A DNA stretch of 64,000 nt from a virus (lineage: Duplodnaviria > Caudoviricetes): positions 47,473 to 111,472 of the IMG/VR virus record IMGVR_UViG_3300009671_000010; one strand, written 5' to 3'. The notes under the pieces were generated by a model. The model saw nothing but the letters and a program-made list of their open reading frames with translations, ran no database searches and had not been told where the DNA came from. The position numbers and the translations under genes are program-made. Below, one piece after another: positions 52,962 through 60,759 of the stretch (its first letter is position 1; each line of letters opens with the position of its first letter).

Positions 52962-53149
52962 ATATTTCTTTCTTTATAAGTTACTCTTGTATATGCAAGA
53001 GGAATAACTGTAAGATTTATTCTAATGTATGGAAATGTCATTAAGTTACAACCATAATAATTATATCTATATAAATTATATTTGGATCTATATATTGTTT
53101 TTGATGTTATTAAATCTATGTAATTATAATTAATTTTAGTACATTTCAT
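52952..53149 (-). CDS. Basic Tyr-rich micropeptide
   Basis: 65 aa; overlaps both neighbours; IYRSK motif. Confidence 0.45.
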   Translation of the reverse strand: MKCTKINYNYIDLITSKTIYRSKYNLYRYNYYGCNLMTFPYIRINLTVIPLAYTRVTYKERNICQ

Positions 53150-53484
53150 CTTAAATATACTCCAGATACTGTTAAAGGTGGACTTATATGTAACTCATAA
53201 CTTGTTGGTATTTGAGATATATAACTTCCTGAGACACTAATTGAGTCTGTAGTATATCCCATTGAATATGTATTATTAGTTGTTATTATAGACCAGGGTA
53301 TTGTTAATTCTTCATATAAACTTGATCTATTCCAAAGATTATAACCACTTAGATAAATTAAGTTATATTTATATATTTCATTTATATTTATTTTTGTATA
53401 TACATTTAATAATGATTGATATTTGGTAGTTTTTAAGTGTATAGTGTTAACTATTTTATTATTATATTTGCTTATATATAACAT
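53146..53484 (-). CDS. Basic Tyr-rich small protein with SG-containing C-terminus
   Basis: 112 aa; MLYISKYN start; ATGA overlap downstream. Confidence 0.45.
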   Translation of the reverse strand: MLYISKYNNKIVNTIHLKTTKYQSLLNVYTKININEIYKYNLIYLSGYNLWNRSSLYEELTIPWSIITTNNTYSMGYTTDSISVSGSYISQIPTSYELHISPPLTVSGVYLR

Positions 53485-53499
53485 TTACATATCCATTAA

Positions 53500-53515
53500 G
53501 GGGAGTTTCCTCCCC
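53500..53515 (-). terminator. GC-rich hairpin downstream of erf
   Basis: Minus strand GGGGAG-GAAA-CTCCCC followed by TTAAT (weak U tract). Confidence 0.55.
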
Positions 53516-53522
53516 ATACTAA

Positions 53523-54188
53523 TTAAAGTCCTTTTGGAACTTTATTTTCAATAAAGGTAATCAATTCAAGTAAAAGGGTTTCACTTAATTCTGATATAGC
53601 TTTATATGAAGTTTGTTTGTCTGTATTAAATTCAGGTAAGAAAGCTTTTAAACATTCTTTACCTTTCATGCCATCCTTTTCAAGCTTTTCAACTTTTTTA
53701 ATAGTTGCTTCGCTATAAGTTGTTTTTGTATAGGTTGGTTCATTTTTCTTAACAGTAGGAGCAATTGATATTGTAGGTGCTTTTTTAGTTTGTGGTTTTC
53801 GATCCATGGATTCTTCCGCATCAGAATCTTCTGCTGCTATATTTAAAATAGCACATAATGAATATCGTCGTGCATAACTAATAGTGGCTCCGACCGATTG
53901 AGGATCATTTTTCATAGGATTAATGATGTATTCACCACCTACAAATTGACCAGACTCATGCATTAATAAAGTTTCTAAAATCATCTCATTATTAACCACT
54001 TTAGTAGTTTGAATTACTGATAACTTATTATCAGCAAGCGGTTGTCTTACAGCATCTATACATGCTGCTAAATCACTATACTTGCTTTTAAAAAATGGAT
54101 TTTCTGAATCCTTTATAAGTTTATTATAACTAGCTTGAGCTACAGATAGTGCTTTTGCTAGTTCATTAATATTATCTGATTTAATCAT
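53523..54188 (-). CDS. erf: ERF-family single-strand annealing protein
   Basis: NPFFKSKYSDL, LMHESGQ, PQSVGATISYARRYSL and ED.D motifs. Confidence 0.92.
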   Translation of the reverse strand: MIKSDNINELAKALSVAQASYNKLIKDSENPFFKSKYSDLAACIDAVRQPLADNKLSVIQTTKVVNNEMILETLLMHESGQFVGGEYIINPMKNDPQSVGATISYARRYSLCAILNIAAEDSDAEESMDRKPQTKKAPTISIAPTVKKNEPTYTKTTYSEATIKKVEKLEKDGMKGKECLKAFLPEFNTDKQTSYKAISELSETLLLELITFIENKVPKGL

Positions 54189-54820
54189 AATCTATTTCCT
54201 TTCTTTATATTTTCTATACTTGTTAGAATTTGTAAATTAGAGTAATGAAAACATAATTTTTGATGATAAGAACATGGTAAATTAAAAGAATCACATGGTA
54301 CTATATGATCTATATGGTATTCTTTAGTAGAATAACTATTGATATCAAAATCTAAATATCCATTATTAATAGCTGTTTGTTGAAGGTGTTGTTTAAGTTG
54401 TTCAATAGAACATCCTAACAAATTTAAAGTACTATTACTTTTTGTACTAGTTTTTAATGCAACTAATATTCTGCTTCTTAACAATCTTGTTAATTTATAA
54501 TTAATATTTGTTTTAGTTTTATTCTTTTCATATAATAATTTTTTTGATTTATTTTTCTGATAATATAATTTATGCTTTTCATGTATTTTAAATTTATTTT
54601 CATTAAAATATTTTCTATGTTTTTCATTAATTATACTTTTATTTTCTAAATAATATATTTTTCTTCTTTGTGAGCGTTTATCTTTATATTTAGAATAACT
54701 TTCTCTTGCCTTTTTATTAGTGCAAGAACGACATGTTGATATTAAACCATCCTTGTGTCTTTTATCAATTCCAAATTCTGATTCTATTTTTAATTCATTG
54801 CAAATACAACATTTTTTCAT
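54185..54820 (-). CDS. HNH-type (homing) endonuclease with N-terminal Zn finger
   Basis: KKC..C...EF...DGL...C..C; LLGCS; YHIDHIVP...FHYSNLQ.L...EN..K. Confidence 0.85.
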   Translation of the reverse strand: MKKCCICNELKIESEFGIDKRHKDGLISTCRSCTNKKARESYSKYKDKRSQRRKIYYLENKSIINEKHRKYFNENKFKIHEKHKLYYQKNKSKKLLYEKNKTKTNINYKLTRLLRSRILVALKTSTKSNSTLNLLGCSIEQLKQHLQQTAINNGYLDFDINSYSTKEYHIDHIVPCDSFNLPCSYHQKLCFHYSNLQILTSIENIKKGNRL

Positions 54821-54827
54821 ATCTTAT

Positions 54828-54855
54828 AATATAATAAATTAAAAATAAATGTCAA
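54828..54855 (-). promoter_or_regulatory. sigma70-type promoter for the HNH gene
   Basis: TTGACA-N16-TATATT, 7 nt before the ATG at 54820; the -35 overlaps the RNA ligase TGA stop. Confidence 0.6.
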
Positions 54856-56111
54856 TTGATATCCTCTATATCTATTTCACCCTGATCAGCGAGCTTACTT
54901 TGGTTTGCGCAGAAAGCATCACTCTTTAATTTAAATGATTTAATTTCTTTTGATTCAATTCTAATAACTATTCCTTCATTTGGAACTTTATTTTTACAGA
55001 TATCACATTCTTTATTAAGATATGTAACTTTCAATCTTTCAATAAAGTTTTTAGTCCAATTTTCATCTACTGGAATATCAGGAAATAGATCTTTAGCTTT
55101 ACCAAAATAAAACTCTCTAACTGGTTCGATACCAATTTCAGCACATCGTTCTTTCATAGCTGCCCATGAATACTCAAATACTTTTCCTTCAGTTGAAGTA
55201 TGTGTTATTCTATATATAACTATTTTATGTTTGTTTGGTTCACACCCATAATCATAGTTTTTCTGTATACATTTGTTATTATCAGTATATCCAACTATTT
55301 CGAAGTATGCTGTTTCACCCTGATTTAACTTACCACGTAATTCATCACATGCTTGTTTATATATGCTTGCATCAATCTGATACTTAGTAAACTTACCATT
55401 TCTTACAACCTCACGAGACGAATATATATAATCATATTCTGTTTCAATTATTGGTATTTTAAAATATTTTGCTATTTTATCTTTCCAGTTTAATTTTCTT
55501 TTAACTAAGCAATTTGATACGATCCCACTTGTACCATGCCATTTATCAGATATTGATATAACTGAATTTGGATCAAGTACATGAACATTTCTAAGCAACT
55601 GATTAGTTTTAATATGAAGATTAAACTGACCAGGAATCATTCTTGAAACTGATTTTTCTTTTGGTTTATTTTTATTTTGATTGCTAGAATTATCGGCTAA
55701 TTTAATTACAGGTATATACTTTTTGCATATTTCTATATCATTTATTTTTGTAAATGAATATCCATGTACTAATACTTTCTTTGCTTCTTCTTCGCTATCA
55801 AAATATTTATATAGCTTTTCAAGTTCAATACATAATCCATTTGAATATGTATCTTTAAATTTAATAGCTTTTACACGGTTACCCTTACCAAGATACTTAC
55901 CTAATTCAGGATAATCAGTAACTAGTTTATCAGATAGAGCTAAATTAGAATCACAATATCCAATGAGTGTATCTTCTTTTGTATCTATACTTACTATTAC
56001 TTGAGTTAATACTATTCCGTTAAGATAGACATTTGCTGTTACTATCTTATCTTTTTCTGGTATAGGTTTTATGTCTTTTAGTGACACTACTATCATTTCA
56101 TTATTTTCCAT
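54852..56111 (-). CDS. ATP-dependent RNA ligase (Rnl2/DRB0094-like)
   Basis: Motif I SDKWHGTS, YFEIVG, EGIVIR, FKLKS; N-terminal OB-like extension. Confidence 0.85.
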   Translation of the reverse strand: MENNEMIVVSLKDIKPIPEKDKIVTANVYLNGIVLTQVIVSIDTKEDTLIGYCDSNLALSDKLVTDYPELGKYLGKGNRVKAIKFKDTYSNGLCIELEKLYKYFDSEEEAKKVLVHGYSFTKINDIEICKKYIPVIKLADNSSNQNKNKPKEKSVSRMIPGQFNLHIKTNQLLRNVHVLDPNSVISISDKWHGTSGIVSNCLVKRKLNWKDKIAKYFKIPIIETEYDYIYSSREVVRNGKFTKYQIDASIYKQACDELRGKLNQGETAYFEIVGYTDNNKCIQKNYDYGCEPNKHKIVIYRITHTSTEGKVFEYSWAAMKERCAEIGIEPVREFYFGKAKDLFPDIPVDENWTKNFIERLKVTYLNKECDICKNKVPNEGIVIRIESKEIKSFKLKSDAFCANQSKLADQGEIDIEDIN

Positions 56112-56283
56112 TTATTGTCTCCGTAAGTTTGCTTTTTGTTTCGTAAAACAGTCTTTTCCATCCATCGGATACATCTTTTAAGCTTTGAATATAACTTTTT
56201 AAATATGGATCTGCCTGTTCTATTAATTCTTCTATTCTTTTTTCATCATAAGTTGATACATTTATATTTTGTGCTTTATTCAT
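56101..56283 (-). CDS. Hypothetical protein
   Basis: GGAG SD; operonic overlap. Confidence 0.55.
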   Translation of the reverse strand: MNKAQNINVSTYDEKRIEELIEQADPYLKSYIQSLKDVSDGWKRLFYETKSKLTETINGK

Positions 56284-56518
56284 TTATAGACTCCAAAATT
56301 TTATAATATATTGGTTTCTTTTGTTTTATATTACATTGTTTTCTAATTTTATATCCAACAAGGAAAGCATTTCTACATGAGTTTATTTTTTCAATAAAAT
56401 TTAATCGTATATAAAATTCATTAGAAAACATTTTATGTATTTCTTTATCTGATAATCCTAAAGCTTTTTTCAATTGTATAACTGTCTTCTCTATTTCTCT
56501 TAGTTGATATATTTTCAT
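56276..56518 (-). CDS. Hypothetical protein
   Basis: First gene of the leftward unit at the divergent intergenic region. Confidence 0.5.
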   Translation of the reverse strand: MKIYQLREIEKTVIQLKKALGLSDKEIHKMFSNEFYIRLNFIEKINSCRNAFLVGYKIRKQCNIKQKKPIYYKILESINE

Positions 56519-56541
56519 AGTAACTTTCTATACTATTTATA

Positions 56542-56570
56542 TTGACATATTAATTTTCTTTTATTATATT
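56542..56570 (+). promoter_or_regulatory. sigma70-type promoter for the Cas4-like gene
   Basis: TTGACA-N17-TATATT, then SD AAAGGA and ATG at 56597. Confidence 0.75.
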
Positions 56571-56596
56571 TAATTATTAACTCGAAAGGACCTATT

Positions 56597-57610
56597 ATGG
56601 TAAAGAAAAATTTTATTGAACGTATTTGGAAAACTGACTTAGCTAAATTAAATGACGAAGCATCTGAAAAGACTGGTAAAACAAGAACTGAAAAAACTAT
56701 ATGGCCAAGTGAGGCTATGGTTGATGTTGGTCCATTTTCAGTTGGCGAATGTAAAAGAGCCTTGTTTTATAAACTTATTGGTTCTACCCCAAGTGATCCT
56801 CAAACAATAAGAAGTAAACATATATGTGATGCTGGCTTAATGTATGAAAAGTATTATATTGATAAATATAAAAATCTTGGAATGTTTGTAGATGAGCAAA
56901 TTAAAATAGTATTTTCACCAAATACTCCAAATGGTATTATATTTTCTGGTAAACTTGATCTGATAATTAATGATGAAAATATAAATAAAGGTATTGAAAT
57001 TAAAACTGTAAGTAGCTATAAAGCTGATGAAATATTCGGTAATGATAAAAAACCTTTACCAGCACCAGCTAATTTAATTCAGGCTATGTTATATAAATAT
57101 TATTTTACTCATACCGAAGAAGGTAAAAAGAGTAATGTACAAACAGTATATCTTCAATACATAAATCGTAGTGATAACTCAACTTGCTATTATAAAGTAG
57201 ATTTAGATAATGAAGGTTACGCAGTTATTACTTTTATTGATCAATCTGGTAATGAAACTGAAACTATTAAGTTACAAGATATGCCTTCATATGATGATTT
57301 TATAACTGGAACTGCTATAGCTAAAACAAGTGAAGATTCAAGATTAGCAGATATTAGATTTTCAATACATGATGTATTTAAGAAATGCGACAGTATTTAT
57401 ACATATGTTAATAACAAAATGTTACCTGCACCTGATTATAAAATTGTATATGATCTTAACGATATTGAACTAGAATATAGATGTGCTAGAATATCAAAAA
57501 TTAAATATAATAAAGCTACAAAACAAGGTGAGATGGGTGGATCATCAAGATGTTCATTTTGTTCATATAAAAGAAAATGTTTATCAGATTCTCATTGTGA
57601 ATTAAAATGA
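56597..57610 (+). CDS. Cas4/RecB-like PD-(D/E)xK exonuclease with Fe-S cysteines
   Basis: WPSE...EC.R..FY, GKLDLII, IEIKT, QAMLY and CSFCSYKRKC motifs. Confidence 0.85.
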   Translation: MVKKNFIERIWKTDLAKLNDEASEKTGKTRTEKTIWPSEAMVDVGPFSVGECKRALFYKLIGSTPSDPQTIRSKHICDAGLMYEKYYIDKYKNLGMFVDEQIKIVFSPNTPNGIIFSGKLDLIINDENINKGIEIKTVSSYKADEIFGNDKKPLPAPANLIQAMLYKYYFTHTEEGKKSNVQTVYLQYINRSDNSTCYYKVDLDNEGYAVITFIDQSGNETETIKLQDMPSYDDFITGTAIAKTSEDSRLADIRFSIHDVFKKCDSIYTYVNNKMLPAPDYKIVYDLNDIELEYRCARISKIKYNKATKQGEMGGSSRCSFCSYKRKCLSDSHCELK

Positions 57611-57790
57611 TTTTTTATATTTAGAGCATCGTTTATTTGTATAAGATAATACAAGTCTTGATCTACATATAGATCCATTAACTGTATTATTTAATACTTT
57701 TAATGATGTTCTATATATGCTTGTTATATTTCTTAATTTCCTAGGAACGAGTTTAGTTCTATAAACATAAAAAGATCTATGTATTACCAT
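57602..57790 (-). CDS. Basic micropeptide
   Basis: 62 aa, no Asp or Glu; YRTK, YRTS and CRSR. Confidence 0.45.
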   Translation of the reverse strand: MVIHRSFYVYRTKLVPRKLRNITSIYRTSLKVLNNTVNGSICRSRLVLSYTNKRCSKYKKSF

Positions 57791-57960
57791 GTTGAATCCC
57801 TATAACTGGTAAATGATGTAAAATTGTATTTAGAAAATACTATACTTCTTATGTCATCAGTTGAATAACTGGTTACTATTTTATATTGATACTTAGAAAT
57901 AGTAACTATTGGCTTAGATCTATATATACTTTTTCTAACATTATATATTCTTGTAATCAT
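57784..57960 (-). CDS. Basic micropeptide
   Basis: 58 aa from ATG 57960 (MITRIY); IYRSK. Confidence 0.45.
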   Translation of the reverse strand: MITRIYNVRKSIYRSKPIVTISKYQYKIVTSYSTDDIRSIVFSKYNFTSFTSYRDSTW

Positions 57961-58123
57961 ATATACTACACCTATAATGTCTATATGTTGAAACACATTT
58001 TCCTTTAGTCCTACTAAGAGAAGCAAACCTTATTAATGAATGTTTTTTACTATGATATGTTTGATTCAAAACTCTATATTTAATATATAATGTTTTATAA
58101 ATTGTAAATAACCTAGTTAGCAT
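57941..58123 (-). CDS. Basic micropeptide
   Basis: 60 aa (MLTRLF); SRTK. Confidence 0.45.
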   Translation of the reverse strand: MLTRLFTIYKTLYIKYRVLNQTYHSKKHSLIRFASLSRTKGKCVSTYRHYRCSIYDYKNI

Positions 58124-58280
58124 ATTTTGATACCCTTTTACTGTTGTATACAGACATACATCACAACATATTATTTTTAAAGCGGTAAAATGTATACAAT
58201 CATTTTATTGGAAGTTCAATAGTTACATAAAAAGTACTTTTAAATGGATGATGTGTATTATATTTTACAATGTATAATAT
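58113..58280 (-). pseudogene. Decayed (or recoded) member of the basic micropeptide array
   Basis: ATA-LYIVKYN...IELPIK[TGA]LYTFYRFKNNML[TGA]CMSVYNSKRVSKYAN-TAG; 55 codons, exactly filling the gap between two array members. Confidence 0.4.
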
Positions 58281-58458
58281 AATTTGTTCTTGATTTTAAA
58301 TTATAAGCTGTTCTAAAAAATGTTTTTGTTGGAATAATTTGCCCAGTATATCTACTAAAGTAGCTACTACTTTGAAAAATATATCTTGTTCTATAAAATC
58401 TTTTATATCTTGACATCTTAGTATAAATTCTCGATTTATTATACATCATTAATTTCAT
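58258..58458 (-). CDS. Basic micropeptide
   Basis: 66 aa, no Asp or Glu; FYRTR, FRTA and SRTN. Confidence 0.45.
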   Translation of the reverse strand: MKLMMYNKSRIYTKMSRYKRFYRTRYIFQSSSYFSRYTGQIIPTKTFFRTAYNLKSRTNYIIHCKI

Positions 58459-59242
58459 TTTTTATACCCAACATATAATCTATTTCTTCTAAACAATGTG
58501 GTTGGTCTTTATCTATTCCAAATCTAAGTATTATCTTTTTCTGTTCTTCTTCAGAAAGATGCTTTATGCTATTTATAATATTATTAGCCATTTTTGAAAA
58601 AAGTTTATTATTATCTTCTACGATCATTTGGTCATTATATTCGACTATAAACGATTCTTCGTTCTCTGCCGAATTTAAACTAAGTAGATTTTTAATATCA
58701 TCTACAATTGTTAATGTAACATCTATGTTTTTATTTAATTTAAGCCATTCTAATATCTCTAATGAACTCGGTTCTTTTTCGTTCCTGGTAAATAAATCAT
58801 TCATTGCTTCGCTTATATTTTTTATATTTCTAGCAATTTCTCGTGGAGCTTTTATTAGTTTATGATTCTTTATAAAATCAATAAGTCTTTTTTTTACATG
58901 AAAATAAGCATATGTAGTAAATGAGATATTCTTACTTACATCAAATGCATCTATAGATTCTGTAATACCAATCATAGCTTCTTGAAATAGATCTGCTATG
59001 ACCGAATCATCCCGTAATGTTGCATAGTATATCTTAACATATTTCATTGCAAAACCACCATTAGATAATACAATTTTATCTCTTATTCTTTTTGCTTCTA
59101 ATTCTTTACATGGATCATTTTTAATATCATTTAATTTTTTTAATAATATATCATTATCATGTTTATTAGGTGTAGATATTTTATTTATATACCATCCTAT
59201 TGCTTTTTTGAGTCCTGTAAATTCCTGTATATTTCTACTCAT
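58439..59242 (-). CDS. Phage sigma70-family RNA polymerase sigma factor, truncated in region 4.2
   Basis: RDKIVLSN, DLFQEAMIGI..SIDAFD....SFTTYAYFHV, EPSSLEI and LSEEEQKKIILRFG...LEEI..MLGI, then stop. Confidence 0.88.
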   Translation of the reverse strand: MSRNIQEFTGLKKAIGWYINKISTPNKHDNDILLKKLNDIKNDPCKELEAKRIRDKIVLSNGGFAMKYVKIYYATLRDDSVIADLFQEAMIGITESIDAFDVSKNISFTTYAYFHVKKRLIDFIKNHKLIKAPREIARNIKNISEAMNDLFTRNEKEPSSLEILEWLKLNKNIDVTLTIVDDIKNLLSLNSAENEESFIVEYNDQMIVEDNNKLFSKMANNIINSIKHLSEEEQKKIILRFGIDKDQPHCLEEIDYMLGIKNEINDV

Positions 59243-59712
59243 ATTATTTTTTCTATGTAAATGGCATTTCTACCACCTGTCGTAAATCTTCTTACTCTAT
59301 TGCTGTCTGGATCTAATATTATATCCGCTTTATCATAAAAGCATGGATCTTTTTCATAATAATCGATTATCCACTCATCTAATGAATTAGATTCTACTAC
59401 TGGTGTATTAACATAATAACCAATTATACTTGGTTCTATATTTAATTCTTTTGCTATTGTTTCATATGTTTTCTTTTTAGATCTTAATTCTTTAACTTTT
59501 TTATGCACTTCTATCTCTTCTTTTTTAACTGGAATTTTGATAGAAGTACAATATTTTCTCATTTCTAGAGGGGTTTTTTCTTTACTCCACACAAATATTT
59601 TTTTGTTTGCTCGGAGTAATACATCTAATTCTCCCGCTAGTTTGAGTTTGTCGCTCTGTTCTATAATCTTGAAATCTATGAAAACATTTTGACCTGTTTT
59701 TATATCTTGCAT
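59239..59712 (-). CDS. Hypothetical protein: degenerate HAD-like scaffold with inserted HTH
   Basis: NVFIDF...IFVWS...DIILD frame enclosing ELRSKKKTYETIAKELNIEPSIIGYY. Confidence 0.45.
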   Translation of the reverse strand: MQDIKTGQNVFIDFKIIEQSDKLKLAGELDVLLRANKKIFVWSKEKTPLEMRKYCTSIKIPVKKEEIEVHKKVKELRSKKKTYETIAKELNIEPSIIGYYVNTPVVESNSLDEWIIDYYEKDPCFYDKADIILDPDSNRVRRFTTGGRNAIYIEKII

Positions 59713-59773
59713 ATTTACCTGCCCTATATCCTTTTATTAAACCAGAAATAATTATATTCAATATATTATTCAT
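59582..59773 (-). CDS. Basic leader ORF overlapping the 59712 gene
   Basis: Strong SD AAAGGAG directly downstream of a consensus promoter. Confidence 0.4.
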   Translation of the reverse strand: MNNILNIIISGLIKGYRAGKYARYKNRSKCFHRFQDYRTERQTQTSGRIRCITPSKQKNICVE

Positions 59774-59791
59774 AACATCTCCTTTATTAAT

Positions 59792-59820
59792 AATATAATA
59801 AAGAATAAATGCTATGTCAA
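59792..59820 (-). promoter_or_regulatory. sigma70-type promoter upstream of the sigma-factor operon
   Basis: TTGACA-N17-TATATT; the -35 overlaps the TGA stop of the 59817-59960 ORF. Confidence 0.75.
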
Positions 59821-59960
59821 TGTCTATGTATTGTTACATATGAATAGTTATACCATGAAAAACTATTATAGCTATGTGTAATAAAACAGCTATGAATATA
59901 TTTTGAATTTTTTGTTCTATATAGAGTTTTACTATGTCTAATACTAACTAAATTATACAT
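59817..59960 (-). CDS. Basic micropeptide (47 aa, not in the ORF track)
   Basis: MYNLVSIRHSKTLYRTKNSKYIHSCFITHSYNSFSWYNYSYVTIHRH; no acidic residues. Confidence 0.45.
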   Translation of the reverse strand: MYNLVSIRHSKTLYRTKNSKYIHSCFITHSYNSFSWYNYSYVTIHRH

Positions 59961-60136
59961 TTCTTTTTATATATTGAAAAACATTGATTTTGATACCATG
60001 AATTACTACATACTAATCCTGCTCTATAATATGTTAGTACTCTTGGAGTTCTATGTGTTGTTATAAATTTGGATCTTTTTGGTGTTAATAAACTTATATT
60101 TTTATTATTAATATTTATTAAAAAATAATATAACAT
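59948..60136 (-). CDS. Basic micropeptide
   Basis: 62 aa, no Asp or Glu; MLYYF start; KRSK and HRTP. Confidence 0.45.
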   Translation of the reverse strand: MLYYFLININNKNISLLTPKRSKFITTHRTPRVLTYYRAGLVCSNSWYQNQCFSIYKKKCII

Positions 60137-60150
60137 ATTAATCTACATTT

Positions 60151-60759
60151 CTAATGTTTAATAAATGCAATATTAGTCTTGGTTTCTGTTTTACACAAAT
60201 CACATGATGCACATGAATTCTTTTCACCTGGACATAATATATAATTCTCAGGTAATTCTGATTTATTATTTATTACTACTGTTGATCCAGTCAATCCAGG
60301 ACCATACCATCCAGAACCTTTAACTAAAAACTTACAATCTTTAAAATTTAAATCTGATCGAGCTGTATATCCATATGTGGTTATATTAAATTCATGTTTA
60401 ATGGATTCAGATATAGTTGATAATTTTGATATATCTTTCTGCTCTTCAAAATCACCTGATTCATTAAATCTAAAATATTTAACTGGTGATTTCTTTTTGC
60501 TTATTATATTTTTAATATCAGCTATTATTTCTTCAGCAGTTTTTTCTTTCCAGTATTTACTTTGATTTTCTCTATAATTTAATACATTATCTTTATATTG
60601 TTGTTCAGCTTTAAATGCATAGCACCTAGTTTTATTATTAACTACTTTACATAGACCTAATCTTTTTGAAGGACAGGCAGTAGCGGTACTCATATTGAAA
60701 ATCATAGTATCTTTTCCAATCTTATGATTTCCAAATTTAATAAGGTAATTTAGTTTCAT
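60151..60759 (-). CDS. Phage Gp88-like protein (radical-SAM-like Fe-S protein)
   Basis: GNHK, CP...C...CYA, FRFNESGDF, YGYT, and CPG...CASCDLC...F..H. Confidence 0.75.
   Translation of the reverse strand: MKLNYLIKFGNHKIGKDTMIFNMSTATACPSKRLGLCKVVNNKTRCYAFKAEQQYKDNVLNYRENQSKYWKEKTAEEIIADIKNIISKKKSPVKYFRFNESGDFEEQKDISKLSTISESIKHEFNITTYGYTARSDLNFKDCKFLVKGSGWYGPGLTGSTVVINNKSELPENYILCPGEKNSCASCDLCKTETKTNIAFIKH

Noticed and set aside
56534-56541. T4-like late promoter TATAAATA on the minus strand
   Set aside because: Expected by chance at this AT content and not seen consistently upstream of structural genes.
56597-58458. CRISPR array or CRISPR-Cas locus near the Cas4-like gene
   Set aside because: No regularly spaced direct repeats and no other cas genes.
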